DNA from: a virus
Taxonomy: Duplodnaviria; Caudoviricetes
Strand: one strand, 5' to 3'
IMG/VR virus record: IMGVR_UViG_3300044471_000009
Coordinates: 1 to 64,000 of that record
Length of the DNA stretch: 64,000 nt
Under the pieces are notes generated by a model that searched no databases, had not been told where the DNA came from, and saw nothing but the letters and a program-made list of their open reading frames with translations. The first letter of the stretch is position 1; each line of letters begins with the position of its first letter. Positions 7,200 to 15,997 of this stretch are shown here, in pieces. The position numbers and the translations under genes are program-made.

Positions 7200-7970
7200 A
7201 TGAATTTCGAAGAGCTGAAGAACCTTAGAAGCTGCTTGATTGACTGCAACAAAATCGAAGAACTTGATGATATTTTTTTAAGCGCAATCAAGTCAGGCAG
7301 CAAGTTTTTATCCGACGCTCCATACGTCGGGACTAGCTGGAGAGAGATTGACGAATATGTGGTTCCTATTGGCGACTACTCGGCCTTCTTTGCGGATATA
7401 TCAAGCCACCAGGAGCTTGTTGACATTGTTAGAGAGATGGCAATTTCAAAAATTGCTCCTCGCTTGGAGCAGCAATTTTTATCTGGCTCCGATTCTTGCT
7501 ATGCGTTTACGTCAATGCTGAAAGCATCAACTGAACGTGAGCTTTGCGTCGAAAAACCAGAGATTGATTCTTCGCTATGCGTCAGTCATCTTGTAGAAAT
7601 ATCAGCCTCGGTTAATGGCAGGGTTGATTTCGTTGTAATGAGCAGTGATACGCTTGCAAAAACTGGATTTTCAATACCAGATGTCAGTGTTTTTGTAAAC
7701 GAATACGCAGGAGATTCCGTGTACGCCGGGCTGTGGCTTGACAGCACCTCCGCAGAAAACGGAGTCATAGTCACATGCCCAACAATCAGGGGTGTGACTA
7801 TGAAGTATAGCCGTAAAAAATACTCTCTACAGCGCGGAATATTAGGGCTTTCCGCTGATTCTGGAGCAGTCCTTTGCAAGGAAAAAGGGATCGGAACGGC
7901 CTTGTATGTTAAGGCATATTTAGGTTTTTTCGTCAAGGGCAGCGGTGTTTTCCGTATGGACGGATTCTGA
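7200..7970 (+). CDS. Divergent paralogue of the major capsid protein, outside the head module
   Basis: FVNEYAGDSVYAGLW...FRMDGF closely matches 21774-22478 (FENAFAGDSVYAGKW...FRMDGF) and aligns to the capsid gene (VDFYVASG, SMYAGVW, RLPGI). Confidence 0.75.
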   Translation: MNFEELKNLRSCLIDCNKIEELDDIFLSAIKSGSKFLSDAPYVGTSWREIDEYVVPIGDYSAFFADISSHQELVDIVREMAISKIAPRLEQQFLSGSDSCYAFTSMLKASTERELCVEKPEIDSSLCVSHLVEISASVNGRVDFVVMSSDTLAKTGFSIPDVSVFVNEYAGDSVYAGLWLDSTSAENGVIVTCPTIRGVTMKYSRKKYSLQRGILGLSADSGAVLCKEKGIGTALYVKAYLGFFVKGSGVFRMDGF

Positions 7971-8222
7971 GTCGGAGCCGCTGGGGGGCATGTCTATCGG
8001 GTGTGCGCTGCCAGCGAGGATTCACGTTTTTGGAGTTTTTTATTTGGAGGAAGCAATGCGCAAGCAGGAATTGAAAGAGACGCAGGGGAAGGCGTTAAGC
8101 AATGGGCAAGTTGACGACAGGCGAGTGGCCTGCATGAATCTGAAACGAACATGCAGCGGGCTGGTTGCTGGTAAGTGCAAGATGTCGAACGGAAGTTGTG
8201 TTTTTCAACAAGGATGGCAACG

Positions 8223-8528
8223 ATGAAAGAACTACCAAAATACCTCACAGTCAAGCAATCTGACGGCAGCGTTTGGGGTGTGCCGGTTGAGATGATTGCC
8301 CGCAACAGGGCCGAGTTCTACGCTTCAGAGTTTGACGGCGATGTTGAGCAGTCATTGCAAGAGGACACTTTGCCGCTTTTTCGAGATAACGGCAATTACG
8401 AGATTTCCAGTTGGGCGGTCGGGAATATGGACTGGGACGATTTTGATGGGCACCAAGTGCAGCTATCGCCACCGCAGCCGGTGGATTTTCAGGAAGGATG
8501 GTTGAGCGGCGAAAAGGGCTTGCGGTGA
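8223..8528 (+). CDS. Hypothetical phage protein
   Basis: ORF track; ATGA overlap with the upstream ORF. Confidence 0.7.
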   Translation: MKELPKYLTVKQSDGSVWGVPVEMIARNRAEFYASEFDGDVEQSLQEDTLPLFRDNGNYEISSWAVGNMDWDDFDGHQVQLSPPQPVDFQEGWLSGEKGLR

Positions 8529-8550
8529 ATCAGCGACACCTGGAATAGCG

Positions 8551-8778
8551 ATGAGCAAAATGGACAAGTCAAGCCGAAAGCAGCTATTTAACGACATGGT
8601 AACAGTAGGAATTGAGTTGCTTCCGTCAAGGATCAACAAGAGTCGCGTTGCTGAGGTTGTATCCGAAATGCTCCACAGCCGAGAAATAGAAGTCATTGCC
8701 GCAGCAGCGGTGGTTGGGCTGGCTATCGCTTCTGCTGTTGATAATGATAGCCTTGACACCTTGGCTGCAATGCTGTAA
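8551..8778 (+). CDS. Hypothetical protein
   Basis: ORF track; collinear in the operon. Confidence 0.5.
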   Translation: MSKMDKSSRKQLFNDMVTVGIELLPSRINKSRVAEVVSEMLHSREIEVIAAAAVVGLAIASAVDNDSLDTLAAML

Positions 8779-8904
8779 AATGCAGAAAATGGCTACTTGC
8801 AGGGCCAGAAATCTCAACAGGCACAACCCCGTCATCTACCACTCGTTGAGTGTGGCCTGCAAGCCTTGGATGCCGGGGTTGTGCTTTTTTTGTTGGAGAC
8901 AAAA

Positions 8905-9153
8905 ATGCACAGAGATAAGATCACGGTATGGGTAACTAAGTGGGCTTTGGAGTTAGGGAGGATAGACGAGATAGAGGCAGAGGTGTGCTGTGGAGGAATG
9001 GTTAACTGCGGATGGGTGCATGGATATCTTCATAGGGATGAATTTCAACGCACCCGCGAAGCAGCCGTTCTCCAGGCTGAAGAGATGCGGATGAAGGAAA
9101 TATCCTCATTGAAGAAGCAGCTTGATAAGCTGGAGAAGATGCGGTTTGAGTAG
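8905..9153 (+). CDS. Hypothetical phage protein with C-terminal coiled coil
   Basis: SD GGAG before ATG 8905. Confidence 0.65.
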   Translation: MHRDKITVWVTKWALELGRIDEIEAEVCCGGMVNCGWVHGYLHRDEFQRTREAAVLQAEEMRMKEISSLKKQLDKLEKMRFE

Positions 9154-9216
9154 GGACACTGCTTACGCAAGACTTGCCGGTCATCTGAAAAAGTTCATTA
9201 AGTGATGCTTTTTCGC

Positions 9217-9345
9217 TTGCTTTTCACCCTCGCAAGCGTTATAATGAACTGACCTTCTCACTGTAGTTTTGATTTGCACATATTCCCCTGCCGCCCAAAG
9301 GCAAAACCCGTGAGAAGGTTGCTTGAGGTCGGCAGGGGATTTTTT
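9217..9345 (+). promoter_or_regulatory. Promoter plus branched leader terminator
   Basis: TTGCTT-17-TATAAT (9217-9245); stem 9284-9293/9330-9339 enclosing two hairpins; U-tract 9340-9345. Confidence 0.7.
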
Positions 9346-9364
9346 ATTTAACAGAGGAAACAAA

Positions 9365-9961
9365 ATGATTGACAATCTGACAGTAGCACAGGAAGCCTTA
9401 CTGAATGAATACAGGGGCAAGGTGTTTGGATACGCCACAAGCACGGTGACGGACAAGCCGAAAGCTGAGGCTGCTGTGTTGCGGCTGACCGAGGGCGTTT
9501 TGGTTGAGCCGAGGATTCACTGGGCTTGCAGCCCCAAAGAGGCAGAAGAATTATTTTGCTCACTGCGGGGTTCTCTGCGGGATTATCTGTGCGATTCACA
9601 GATAGATTCACAGATAGATTCGCTATCGGATTCAATACGGTCGCTGCGTGATTCACTGTATGGTTCACTGCCTGGTTCACCGTGGTCAGAATGGGCTTCA
9701 CTGTCTGATTCGCTATGGCGTTCACTGCGGGGTTCGCGGTGGGATTCAATGCGAGGCTCCAGTTTTATCGCCTATTATCGCTTTTCAGAGATCGCTGGCA
9801 TAGTGAAATACGAAGAAACCGTATCTATGCACCTGAGATGCTACGAAGAGCTGAACGAGTCGTGCTTTGCAATGTACTCGCTTCCCGGCCACATAATCCT
9901 GCTTGAAAAGCCAAAGCTGGTTAAGGTTGACGACGGCAAGCTGATTGAAATCGAGTGGTGA
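9365..9961 (+). CDS. DUF6745-like protein with 4-aa (SLxD/G) repeats
   Basis: IHWACSP before a 12-nt tandem repeat tract, then Trp/Tyr-rich LLEKP C-terminus. Confidence 0.6.
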   Translation: MIDNLTVAQEALLNEYRGKVFGYATSTVTDKPKAEAAVLRLTEGVLVEPRIHWACSPKEAEELFCSLRGSLRDYLCDSQIDSQIDSLSDSIRSLRDSLYGSLPGSPWSEWASLSDSLWRSLRGSRWDSMRGSSFIAYYRFSEIAGIVKYEETVSMHLRCYEELNESCFAMYSLPGHIILLEKPKLVKVDDGKLIEIEW

Positions 9962-10056
9962 TGTCACTGCCGCCAACCTGCCGGTGCAGGCGTAACGTTC
10001 GGGCGGTTCGAGTCCGCAAGGCGGCTACCTTTTGAAAGCAGGATGGAGGATTGAAA

Positions 10057-10425
10057 ATGGAATCAGAAATGGTCAGACTGGAGCAAGATGGCAGAGTAAA
10101 AATGTTCCGGCTGAAGGATGGGTGTCTGTCTTTAGTCGAAGACGCAAACCCTGTAGTCGAGAGGTTTCTGTTGGGCGAGGACGGAATAGAAGACTTAATA
10201 CGATCAGCTCCGACGAAGGATGAATGCCGCAGGATAGACGTTCGCATGGACGGGGTGCTGTCGCCCGTTTACAGAATATACAGCAAGGCGGAGCATGAAT
10301 TCCTGCACGGCACCGCCTCTGACCCATACACCACCGCTTACTTCGAGATTGCTCAATTTTTTATCAAGAAAATAGGGCGTGAGAAGTACATGGAGATGCT
10401 TGCTGAAAAAGCAAAGGAGGATTGA
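10057..10425 (+). CDS. Hypothetical protein
   Basis: SD GGAGGA six nt before ATG. Confidence 0.65.
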   Translation: MESEMVRLEQDGRVKMFRLKDGCLSLVEDANPVVERFLLGEDGIEDLIRSAPTKDECRRIDVRMDGVLSPVYRIYSKAEHEFLHGTASDPYTTAYFEIAQFFIKKIGREKYMEMLAEKAKED

Positions 10426-10428
10426 AAA

Positions 10429-10632
10429 GTGGACCGTGACAAGAAGGGAATTGCTGTAACCGCTGCGCTGTCTTTAGCCTACACGCTCTCTGGCCTTGCA
10501 ATTATAGCGTACTGCTCCTCGTCGGGCGTGGCCTGCGGATTGACCTTGGTGTTGATTGGCAGCGACATTGATTTTACATTCAGGCTTGGCAATATTCAAA
10601 AGCTGTTTTCAGATAGAAGCAAGGAGGATTGA
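10429..10632 (+). CDS. Small membrane protein (2 TM)
   Basis: Hydrophobic segments; SD GGAGG. Confidence 0.55.
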   Translation: MDRDKKGIAVTAALSLAYTLSGLAIIAYCSSSGVACGLTLVLIGSDIDFTFRLGNIQKLFSDRSKED

Positions 10633-10634
10633 CG

Positions 10635-10871
10635 ATGCGCATTCAGTACGAACTCAGCGAAAAAGAAAATGCTGAGATAGAAAAAATGATGGAAGACACG
10701 GCTATTTCAACAAAGAGAGATTTGTTTAGTAATGCTCTAACTCTCTTTGAATGGGCTATCAAGGAGATTAAGAAAGGCCGTGTCATAGCTGCAATAGATG
10801 AGAAGACTGGCAAGCAAATAGAGCTGGCCATGCCTTCGCTTTCAAGGGTTGTAAAACAGGAGGGGGATTGA
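10635..10871 (+). CDS. Ribbon-helix-helix-like regulator
   Basis: MRIQYELSEKENAEIEKMM...KRDLFSNALTLFEW pattern. Confidence 0.6.
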   Translation: MRIQYELSEKENAEIEKMMEDTAISTKRDLFSNALTLFEWAIKEIKKGRVIAAIDEKTGKQIELAMPSLSRVVKQEGD

Positions 10872-10873
10872 CA

Positions 10874-11134
10874 ATGGACGTAAAATGCCCACGGTGCGAG
10901 GATGATTTTCAATTAGACAATCTTGGCGATTATGTTGTCAAGTGTCAAAAATGTGGCCTGCTTATAGAGGCATGTCATGATGACAGCTATGAGTATTTCG
11001 ACGGAGAATGTATGCAGCTTTGCTATGTATTCAGTGATATTCCAGCGGATTGCTGCAAGGCTTGCGAAAACCTAAATCTTGAATCTTGCGTTGGGGTTTG
11101 CAGGATGGATAGCGAAGTTCAACAGGATGGGTAA
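10874..11134 (+). CDS. Cys-rich zinc-finger protein
   Basis: CPRC, CQKC and CCKAC motifs. Confidence 0.55.
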   Translation: MDVKCPRCEDDFQLDNLGDYVVKCQKCGLLIEACHDDSYEYFDGECMQLCYVFSDIPADCCKACENLNLESCVGVCRMDSEVQQDG

Positions 11135-11135
11135 A

Positions 11136-11345
11136 ATGACCGTAGCTGAACTGATAAAGCAGCTTGAGAAGATGCCTCAGTCTATGCGCGTGATCCTTCT
11201 TCACTGCGAAGAAGGATATAATGATACTTATGGCGTAAGCGACGCTTTAATATCTAAGCAGGAAGGGTTTGGTGCTTACCGAGGGAGGCTTGGTGATGCA
11301 AAGCCTGAAGATACTGGGGCTGAAATTGCTTGCTTAATATCTTGA
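11136..11345 (+). CDS. Small phage protein (MTVAELIKQLEKMP type)
   Basis: Common phage N-terminal motif. Confidence 0.65.
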   Translation: MTVAELIKQLEKMPQSMRVILLHCEEGYNDTYGVSDALISKQEGFGAYRGRLGDAKPEDTGAEIACLIS

Positions 11346-11360
11346 CATGGAGGAAAAGGA

Positions 11361-11714
11361 ATGAGTGACCAAACACAAGGCGAACTGCTGAACGCCCGCC
11401 ATCCAATCCAGCCAGTGATAACAGATCAACGTGGAGCCTATCGCTTCAAGGCCAACGCCGTCGTTGCCTATCTTCTCGAATTTGCATCAAAGCGCGGGTG
11501 CAGCATGAACGACCTTGCGCGTGTCAATTTCGACAAGGATGATAGGCAGCAGTTTGCTCAGTTGATTGGCTACAGCCTTTCCGGGTATGGCGAGATTTCA
11601 TACGCAAGCGATGAGGTGCATGAAACGGCATTCATGATGATTGACGGGGAGATGAGCGAAGACAGGGCAAGGATTGCTTACCTTGAGCGGGAATTGTCTG
11701 TTTACAAGAAATAG
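11361..11714 (+). CDS. Hypothetical phage protein
   Basis: Strong SD GGAGG; ORF track. Confidence 0.7.
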   Translation: MSDQTQGELLNARHPIQPVITDQRGAYRFKANAVVAYLLEFASKRGCSMNDLARVNFDKDDRQQFAQLIGYSLSGYGEISYASDEVHETAFMMIDGEMSEDRARIAYLERELSVYKK

Positions 11715-11797
11715 CTGTCTGTGCTGCAAGATTTGTTCAGGGGGCCGGTGGCACGGCTGTATGAGGTTGAACCTGAAGATTTGCTGCCGGAGGAGGA

Positions 11798-12061
11798 ATG
11801 AGCGATCAAATTTTTGACAAAATTGAAGAGCTGAGAGCTGAGATTGAAAAGCTGTCGGCTTGCGCCAGAAGTAGCCATTATTACTGCGATGATAGCTGGT
11901 ATTCATGCCCAAAGGCTGAGGATGGATGCGCGAATGAGGAAGCTGGCGAGGATTGCAGATGCGGAGCCGACGAAATAAACGCAGAGGTAGCTGCGATTAA
12001 GGCAGGGTTGGATAGCAAGATGGATGAGCTGATTTCTGTGGTTATGCAGACTCCGATTTAA
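11798..12061 (+). CDS. Cys-rich hypothetical protein
   Basis: SD GGAGGAGG; HYYCDDSWYSCP. Confidence 0.65.
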   Translation: MSDQIFDKIEELRAEIEKLSACARSSHYYCDDSWYSCPKAEDGCANEEAGEDCRCGADEINAEVAAIKAGLDSKMDELISVVMQTPI

Positions 12062-12153
12062 ATAAGTAGCCGCATCACGATTTTCCGCTTTACAAATCAC
12101 CGCCCTCGATGTGTAGTGCATGAGAGCCACTTGCGAGGCGCATAAAATTCAGT

Positions 12154-12228
12154 AGGCATAGAACTGGGAGCTCCGCTTTACTGAGTGTGGGTCGCAAGCC
12201 TTGGCTTCCAGTTCTATGCCTTTTTTTT
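12154..12228 (+). terminator. Branched leader terminator directly upstream of the BRO gene
   Basis: aggcatagaactgg/ccagttctatgcct stem (extendable to 18 bp) with a structured loop and T8. Confidence 0.75.
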
Positions 12229-12245
12229 ATTTCAGGAGGTAGCAA

Positions 12246-13040
12246 ATGGTTGAGTTAACAGTAGTTCCGTTCAAGTTTGAGTCCCACGAAGTGCGCACTG
12301 TGATTGTTGACGGCGAGCCTGTTTGGGTGGCAAAGGATGTTTGCGAGGTGCTAGGGCTAACCAATGTAAAGATGGCGCTAGCCAAGGTAAACGAGAAACA
12401 CCTGAAGTCAATCCGATTGATATCAGGTGGTCAAACCCGCGAAATGCTTGCAATAGATGAGGCTGGTCTGTACCGCTTAATTCTTCGTTCCGACAAGCCG
12501 CAAGCCGAACCTTTCATGGAGTGGGTTACTTCAGAAGTCCTCCCCGCCATCCGTAAAACTGGCCAGTACGTCGCCCCGCAGCAGCCGAAACACGGCCAGC
12601 TTGCCCTTGTGCAGCAGGATTGGCAGGCAGCGGTTGAGATGGCGAAGATTGCAGGACTGACTGGAAACCAAGCTGTCCTTGCGGCTGACAAGCTAATGCG
12701 CAATATGACCGGAGTTAGTCCATTGGCGCAGCTTGAAACTACGCACCTTATCTGCGAAACGCAGGAGCGCAACCTAACTCCAACTGAAATTTCATCGCTT
12801 GACGAGATCAAAGGGCTGGCGAATACAGCGCAGAAGGTCAATGTGATGCTTGAGCAGATGGGCTTTCAGGCGGCAAGATATGCTGGCAAGCAGAAGGTGT
12901 GGGTGCTGGCTGATCCTGGCAGGCCATTTGCTGTACTGCTGGACACTAACAAGCATCACAATTGCGGAACGCCGGTGCAGCAACTCAAGTGGAAAGAGTC
13001 CGTGGTTAAGGAGATTGTGAAGTTTTTTCAGGGCCGTTAG
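12246..13040 (+). CDS. BRO-N domain antirepressor-like protein
   Basis: FKFESHEVRTVIVDGEPVWVAKDVCEVLG...IDEAGLYRLILRSDKPQAEPFMEWVTSEVLPAIRKTG. Confidence 0.92.
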   Translation: MVELTVVPFKFESHEVRTVIVDGEPVWVAKDVCEVLGLTNVKMALAKVNEKHLKSIRLISGGQTREMLAIDEAGLYRLILRSDKPQAEPFMEWVTSEVLPAIRKTGQYVAPQQPKHGQLALVQQDWQAAVEMAKIAGLTGNQAVLAADKLMRNMTGVSPLAQLETTHLICETQERNLTPTEISSLDEIKGLANTAQKVNVMLEQMGFQAARYAGKQKVWVLADPGRPFAVLLDTNKHHNCGTPVQQLKWKESVVKEIVKFFQGR

Positions 13041-13291
13041 CAAAGGCTAAAAAGCTGCTCCAGGCCATGCCATGTCGCCTGGAGCAGCGCACTGGAGACT
13101 GATATGAGAAATGCAATTGAAAGAATTGGAGCCGAAAGTCTTAGAGCAGCTTCAGCAGTAAAGAAGCTACGTGTTTCCCTTGACTTTGCTGCCAAAAGTG
13201 CCAAAGCATTCGCTGTGGCGTGGCTCGATGGCAAATGGGTTGCAACCGGAAGCAGCTCATCAAAACGGAAGATGGGAGCAGGAGGGAAGCG

Positions 13292-13507
13292 ATGAATAGC
13301 GCACCTTGGTGGCTCTTGCTCATGAGTGGCGCGGCAATCGAATCTGCCTGCAATATGCTGTGGTGTATCTGGTTCATCAGGATGGACTCGCTTACGCCAG
13401 GCATGTTTTCTTGGCTACTTGTCAGTGCCGTTGGTAATACTTGCGTGCTGGGCGTATCAGTCTGCGTTTGGAGCTATTTCGATACCAAAAGGAGGCACGG
13501 CAAGTGA
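13292..13507 (+). CDS. Small membrane protein
   Basis: Two hydrophobic segments; SD GGAGG. Confidence 0.5.
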   Translation: MNSAPWWLLLMSGAAIESACNMLWCIWFIRMDSLTPGMFSWLLVSAVGNTCVLGVSVCVWSYFDTKRRHGK

Positions 13508-13516
13508 CGAAACCTT

Positions 13517-13759
13517 TTGCGTGGGCAAAGAAGCGTAAAAATCCCTACACTGAGGCTGGGGGTAAAAATACTGGGCTGCGTAAGATGTGGCAAGCCAGCT
13601 CAGTATCAGTGGCAAATTTGCTCAGATGGAAATAACTATAGGCCGATATGCTTGGAGTGCGATATTGAGCTGAATAGGGCTGTTTTGGAGTTCGTTGGGC
13701 ATCCTGAGAGGGAGAGGCTGATGATTGAGTATGGGAAATTAAAAGGAGGTGAAAAATGA
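13517..13759 (+). CDS. Zinc-finger hypothetical protein
   Basis: CVRC...C...CLEC. Confidence 0.55.
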   Translation: MRGQRSVKIPTLRLGVKILGCVRCGKPAQYQWQICSDGNNYRPICLECDIELNRAVLEFVGHPERERLMIEYGKLKGGEK

Positions 13760-14253
13760 GCGATATTCAAGCAATTATCGAGTTGATCGAGAATGGCCAC
13801 CGCAATAGCGACCACGGGGACGGGCGGAGACAGATTAACGAGGCTGTGGCTATACTGAGAAAGATGCAGGAAGACAGCCACCTGCATTCAGGCCAAAGAT
13901 GGGAGCTGTCTCAGATTCTTGAGTGCGGGCCGCTGTATAGGGATATCGAGAAGGCGGTTAGGGAGATGAAGGAGGCGCAGAGAGAATGCTGGCTTACGAT
14001 AGACTCGGCACCAAAGGACGGAACAGAGGTCTTTCTCTGTTCAAGCGAAGAGTCTTTTCCGAGTGAATGCCTGTGTGGTGATGGATACGCTGAAGGCTTT
14101 TACGAAGGATTAGATGAAGATGGCGACGGTGATATATGGCTTGTTTATGACAGGAGGCCAGACGGAGACTTTTTTATTGTCAAACCTACTCACTGGATGC
14201 GCAAGGTTGCCAAGCCACCGTTCATCGCTGATCACCTTACAGAACCAGAATAA
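13756..14253 (+). CDS. DUF551-like domain protein
   Basis: WLTIDSAPKDGTEV...PTHWM. Confidence 0.75.
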   Translation: MSDIQAIIELIENGHRNSDHGDGRRQINEAVAILRKMQEDSHLHSGQRWELSQILECGPLYRDIEKAVREMKEAQRECWLTIDSAPKDGTEVFLCSSEESFPSECLCGDGYAEGFYEGLDEDGDGDIWLVYDRRPDGDFFIVKPTHWMRKVAKPPFIADHLTEPE

Positions 14254-14364
14254 ATTAAGTATAACCTTTATAGTCAAGGCCCGGCACTCTGCGCAAAAGG
14301 GTGTATCCCGTCACCACGTCGGGCCTGTTTTATTGACGGGAGAATTCAAATATGGGAGTGGATT

Positions 14365-15315
14365 ATGAGTGAGAAAGACGCAGCAGTATTAGACAAAAAG
14401 GCCGAGTTTGCCAATTGGATTATTGCCAATGATGGGAAATGCTCAATTACAGAGGTTTGTTGCGATGGAGGGCATGGACATTTCAAGGGGACTCGCTGTC
14501 CTATTCGCCGAAACGAGCCTTGTTGCCTAAGTAAAAAAGATAAACTTGCATACCTAAGCAAGTGGCTCAAAAACTACCACCAACAGAAAGCCGAGGCCGC
14601 TGAAGCAGAGAAGCGGAAGGCTGAAGCTGCCAAAAAGGAGGAGCAGGAAACCAAGCAGGAGCCAGCAAGAATCTGCGGAAACTGCAAGCATATTCATGAA
14701 GTTGAGAAGTCAGGAAATATGATTGCCCACTGCGATATGAAAAAAAACATGGTGCCGATTTCATTTGACCGCTGCCCTGATTTCGAGCCAAGAGCTACTG
14801 CCGATCAATCTGGCTCCTCTTCCAGCGAAGGCGGGGTGGATGCCGCTGCTTACGCTGAACGCATCACTCAGCTTGAAAAGGAGAATGCACGGCTTGCGGA
14901 AGAGGTTAGCGGATACAGGGGGGTAACAAGGCGAATATCAGAGATTTGTGAAGTTATTGTGATTGGCATTGATCAGGCTATAAAAGAGCGGGAAGAATTG
15001 CAAAATCAGCTCAACTTGGCGAAAGAGGATGCTTTGCGGCTCGGAAAAGAGAATGTCGATCTTTCGGCCAGATGCGAACGCCTCACGGAGCAGCGTAACA
15101 GGTTGTCCAATAGCCTTATTGAGGTGACGCGCAGGGTGAAAGAGGTTGAGCGGGAGAATGCCGCGTTATATGAGCGCATTTCTGCGATGTTAAGCGACCT
15201 GCTTTACTTTCAATGGAAAGCTGAGACTGGGCAGCCAATGCCGTTTAGCGTTCTCAATGACATCGAAGAGCGTTTAAAGCGCATTCGCCAGAGCTGGGTT
15301 TCTCGACTGAAATAA
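14365..15315 (+). CDS. Cys-rich plus coiled-coil hypothetical protein
   Basis: Two Cys clusters and long heptad repeats. Confidence 0.75.
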   Translation: MSEKDAAVLDKKAEFANWIIANDGKCSITEVCCDGGHGHFKGTRCPIRRNEPCCLSKKDKLAYLSKWLKNYHQQKAEAAEAEKRKAEAAKKEEQETKQEPARICGNCKHIHEVEKSGNMIAHCDMKKNMVPISFDRCPDFEPRATADQSGSSSSEGGVDAAAYAERITQLEKENARLAEEVSGYRGVTRRISEICEVIVIGIDQAIKEREELQNQLNLAKEDALRLGKENVDLSARCERLTEQRNRLSNSLIEVTRRVKEVERENAALYERISAMLSDLLYFQWKAETGQPMPFSVLNDIEERLKRIRQSWVSRLK

Positions 15316-15347
15316 CATTCCTGTAACTTTTCAACAGGAAACGACCG

Positions 15348-15372
15348 AAGCCGCCCAGCAAGCGGCTTTTTC
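15348..15372 (+). terminator. Intrinsic terminator before the modification/packaging operon
   Basis: aagccgc/gcggctt stem plus T-run. Confidence 0.7.
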
Positions 15373-15459
15373 TATTTCGTGTGTCGCATGGCTAAAAAAA
15401 AAATACATTTCTGTGATTTTTCCCTCGACAACCGGTCGTTTTGTTGCTATTTTACAAAT

Positions 15460-15957
15460 ATGGAAATCATACACAAGAAAGTTGCCGACCTGATACCTTA
15501 CGCCGGGAATCCGCGCAAGAACGACCACGCCGTTGCGCCTGCCGCTGCGATAATCAAGCGGTTTGGGTTTCGGGTTCCGTTGCTTATCAAGAGCGATGAC
15601 GAAGTTATAGACGGTCATTTGCGCCTGAAAGCTGCCGTTAAGCTGGGCTACGATGAGGTTCCTTGCATTATCGTAGATGACATGTCGGATAATGACATCC
15701 GTGCGTTGCGAATCAGTGTGAACAAGCTCGCAGAGAAGGCTGATTGGGATGATGAACTGCTGAAACTTGAACTTGATGAGCTGGAGCTGGCGGGGATTTC
15801 TCTCGAAGAAATCGGGTTTGAGGTTGGCGAGGCAGGCGAGTTGCCCATAGAAGACGAGAAAGCCAACTCGCCGGAAGATTTCAAGGAAGTTGATGAGGGT
15901 ATTGAGACCAATCATGAATGCCCGAAATGCGGGTATCGGTGGAGCGGCGGAAAGTGA
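15460..15957 (+). CDS. ParB/Srx N-terminal domain protein with C-terminal CPKC
   Basis: LIPYAGNPRKND...IKRFGFRVPLLI...VIDGHLRLKAA. Confidence 0.9.
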   Translation: MEIIHKKVADLIPYAGNPRKNDHAVAPAAAIIKRFGFRVPLLIKSDDEVIDGHLRLKAAVKLGYDEVPCIIVDDMSDNDIRALRISVNKLAEKADWDDELLKLELDELELAGISLEEIGFEVGEAGELPIEDEKANSPEDFKEVDEGIETNHECPKCGYRWSGGK

Positions 15958-15997
15958 AGCGCAAGTGTTGCTTAGGCTGTGATTTTTTCTTGTCTAA

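Noticed and set aside
9295-9325. c-di-GMP-I riboswitch (GGCAAAACC...)
   Set aside because: Lacks the GACGCAAA junction and second helix; better explained as an inner hairpin of the leader terminator.
9365-9961. Diversity-generating retroelement target
   Set aside because: No reverse transcriptase and no A-mismatched template/variable repeat pair noticed in the window.
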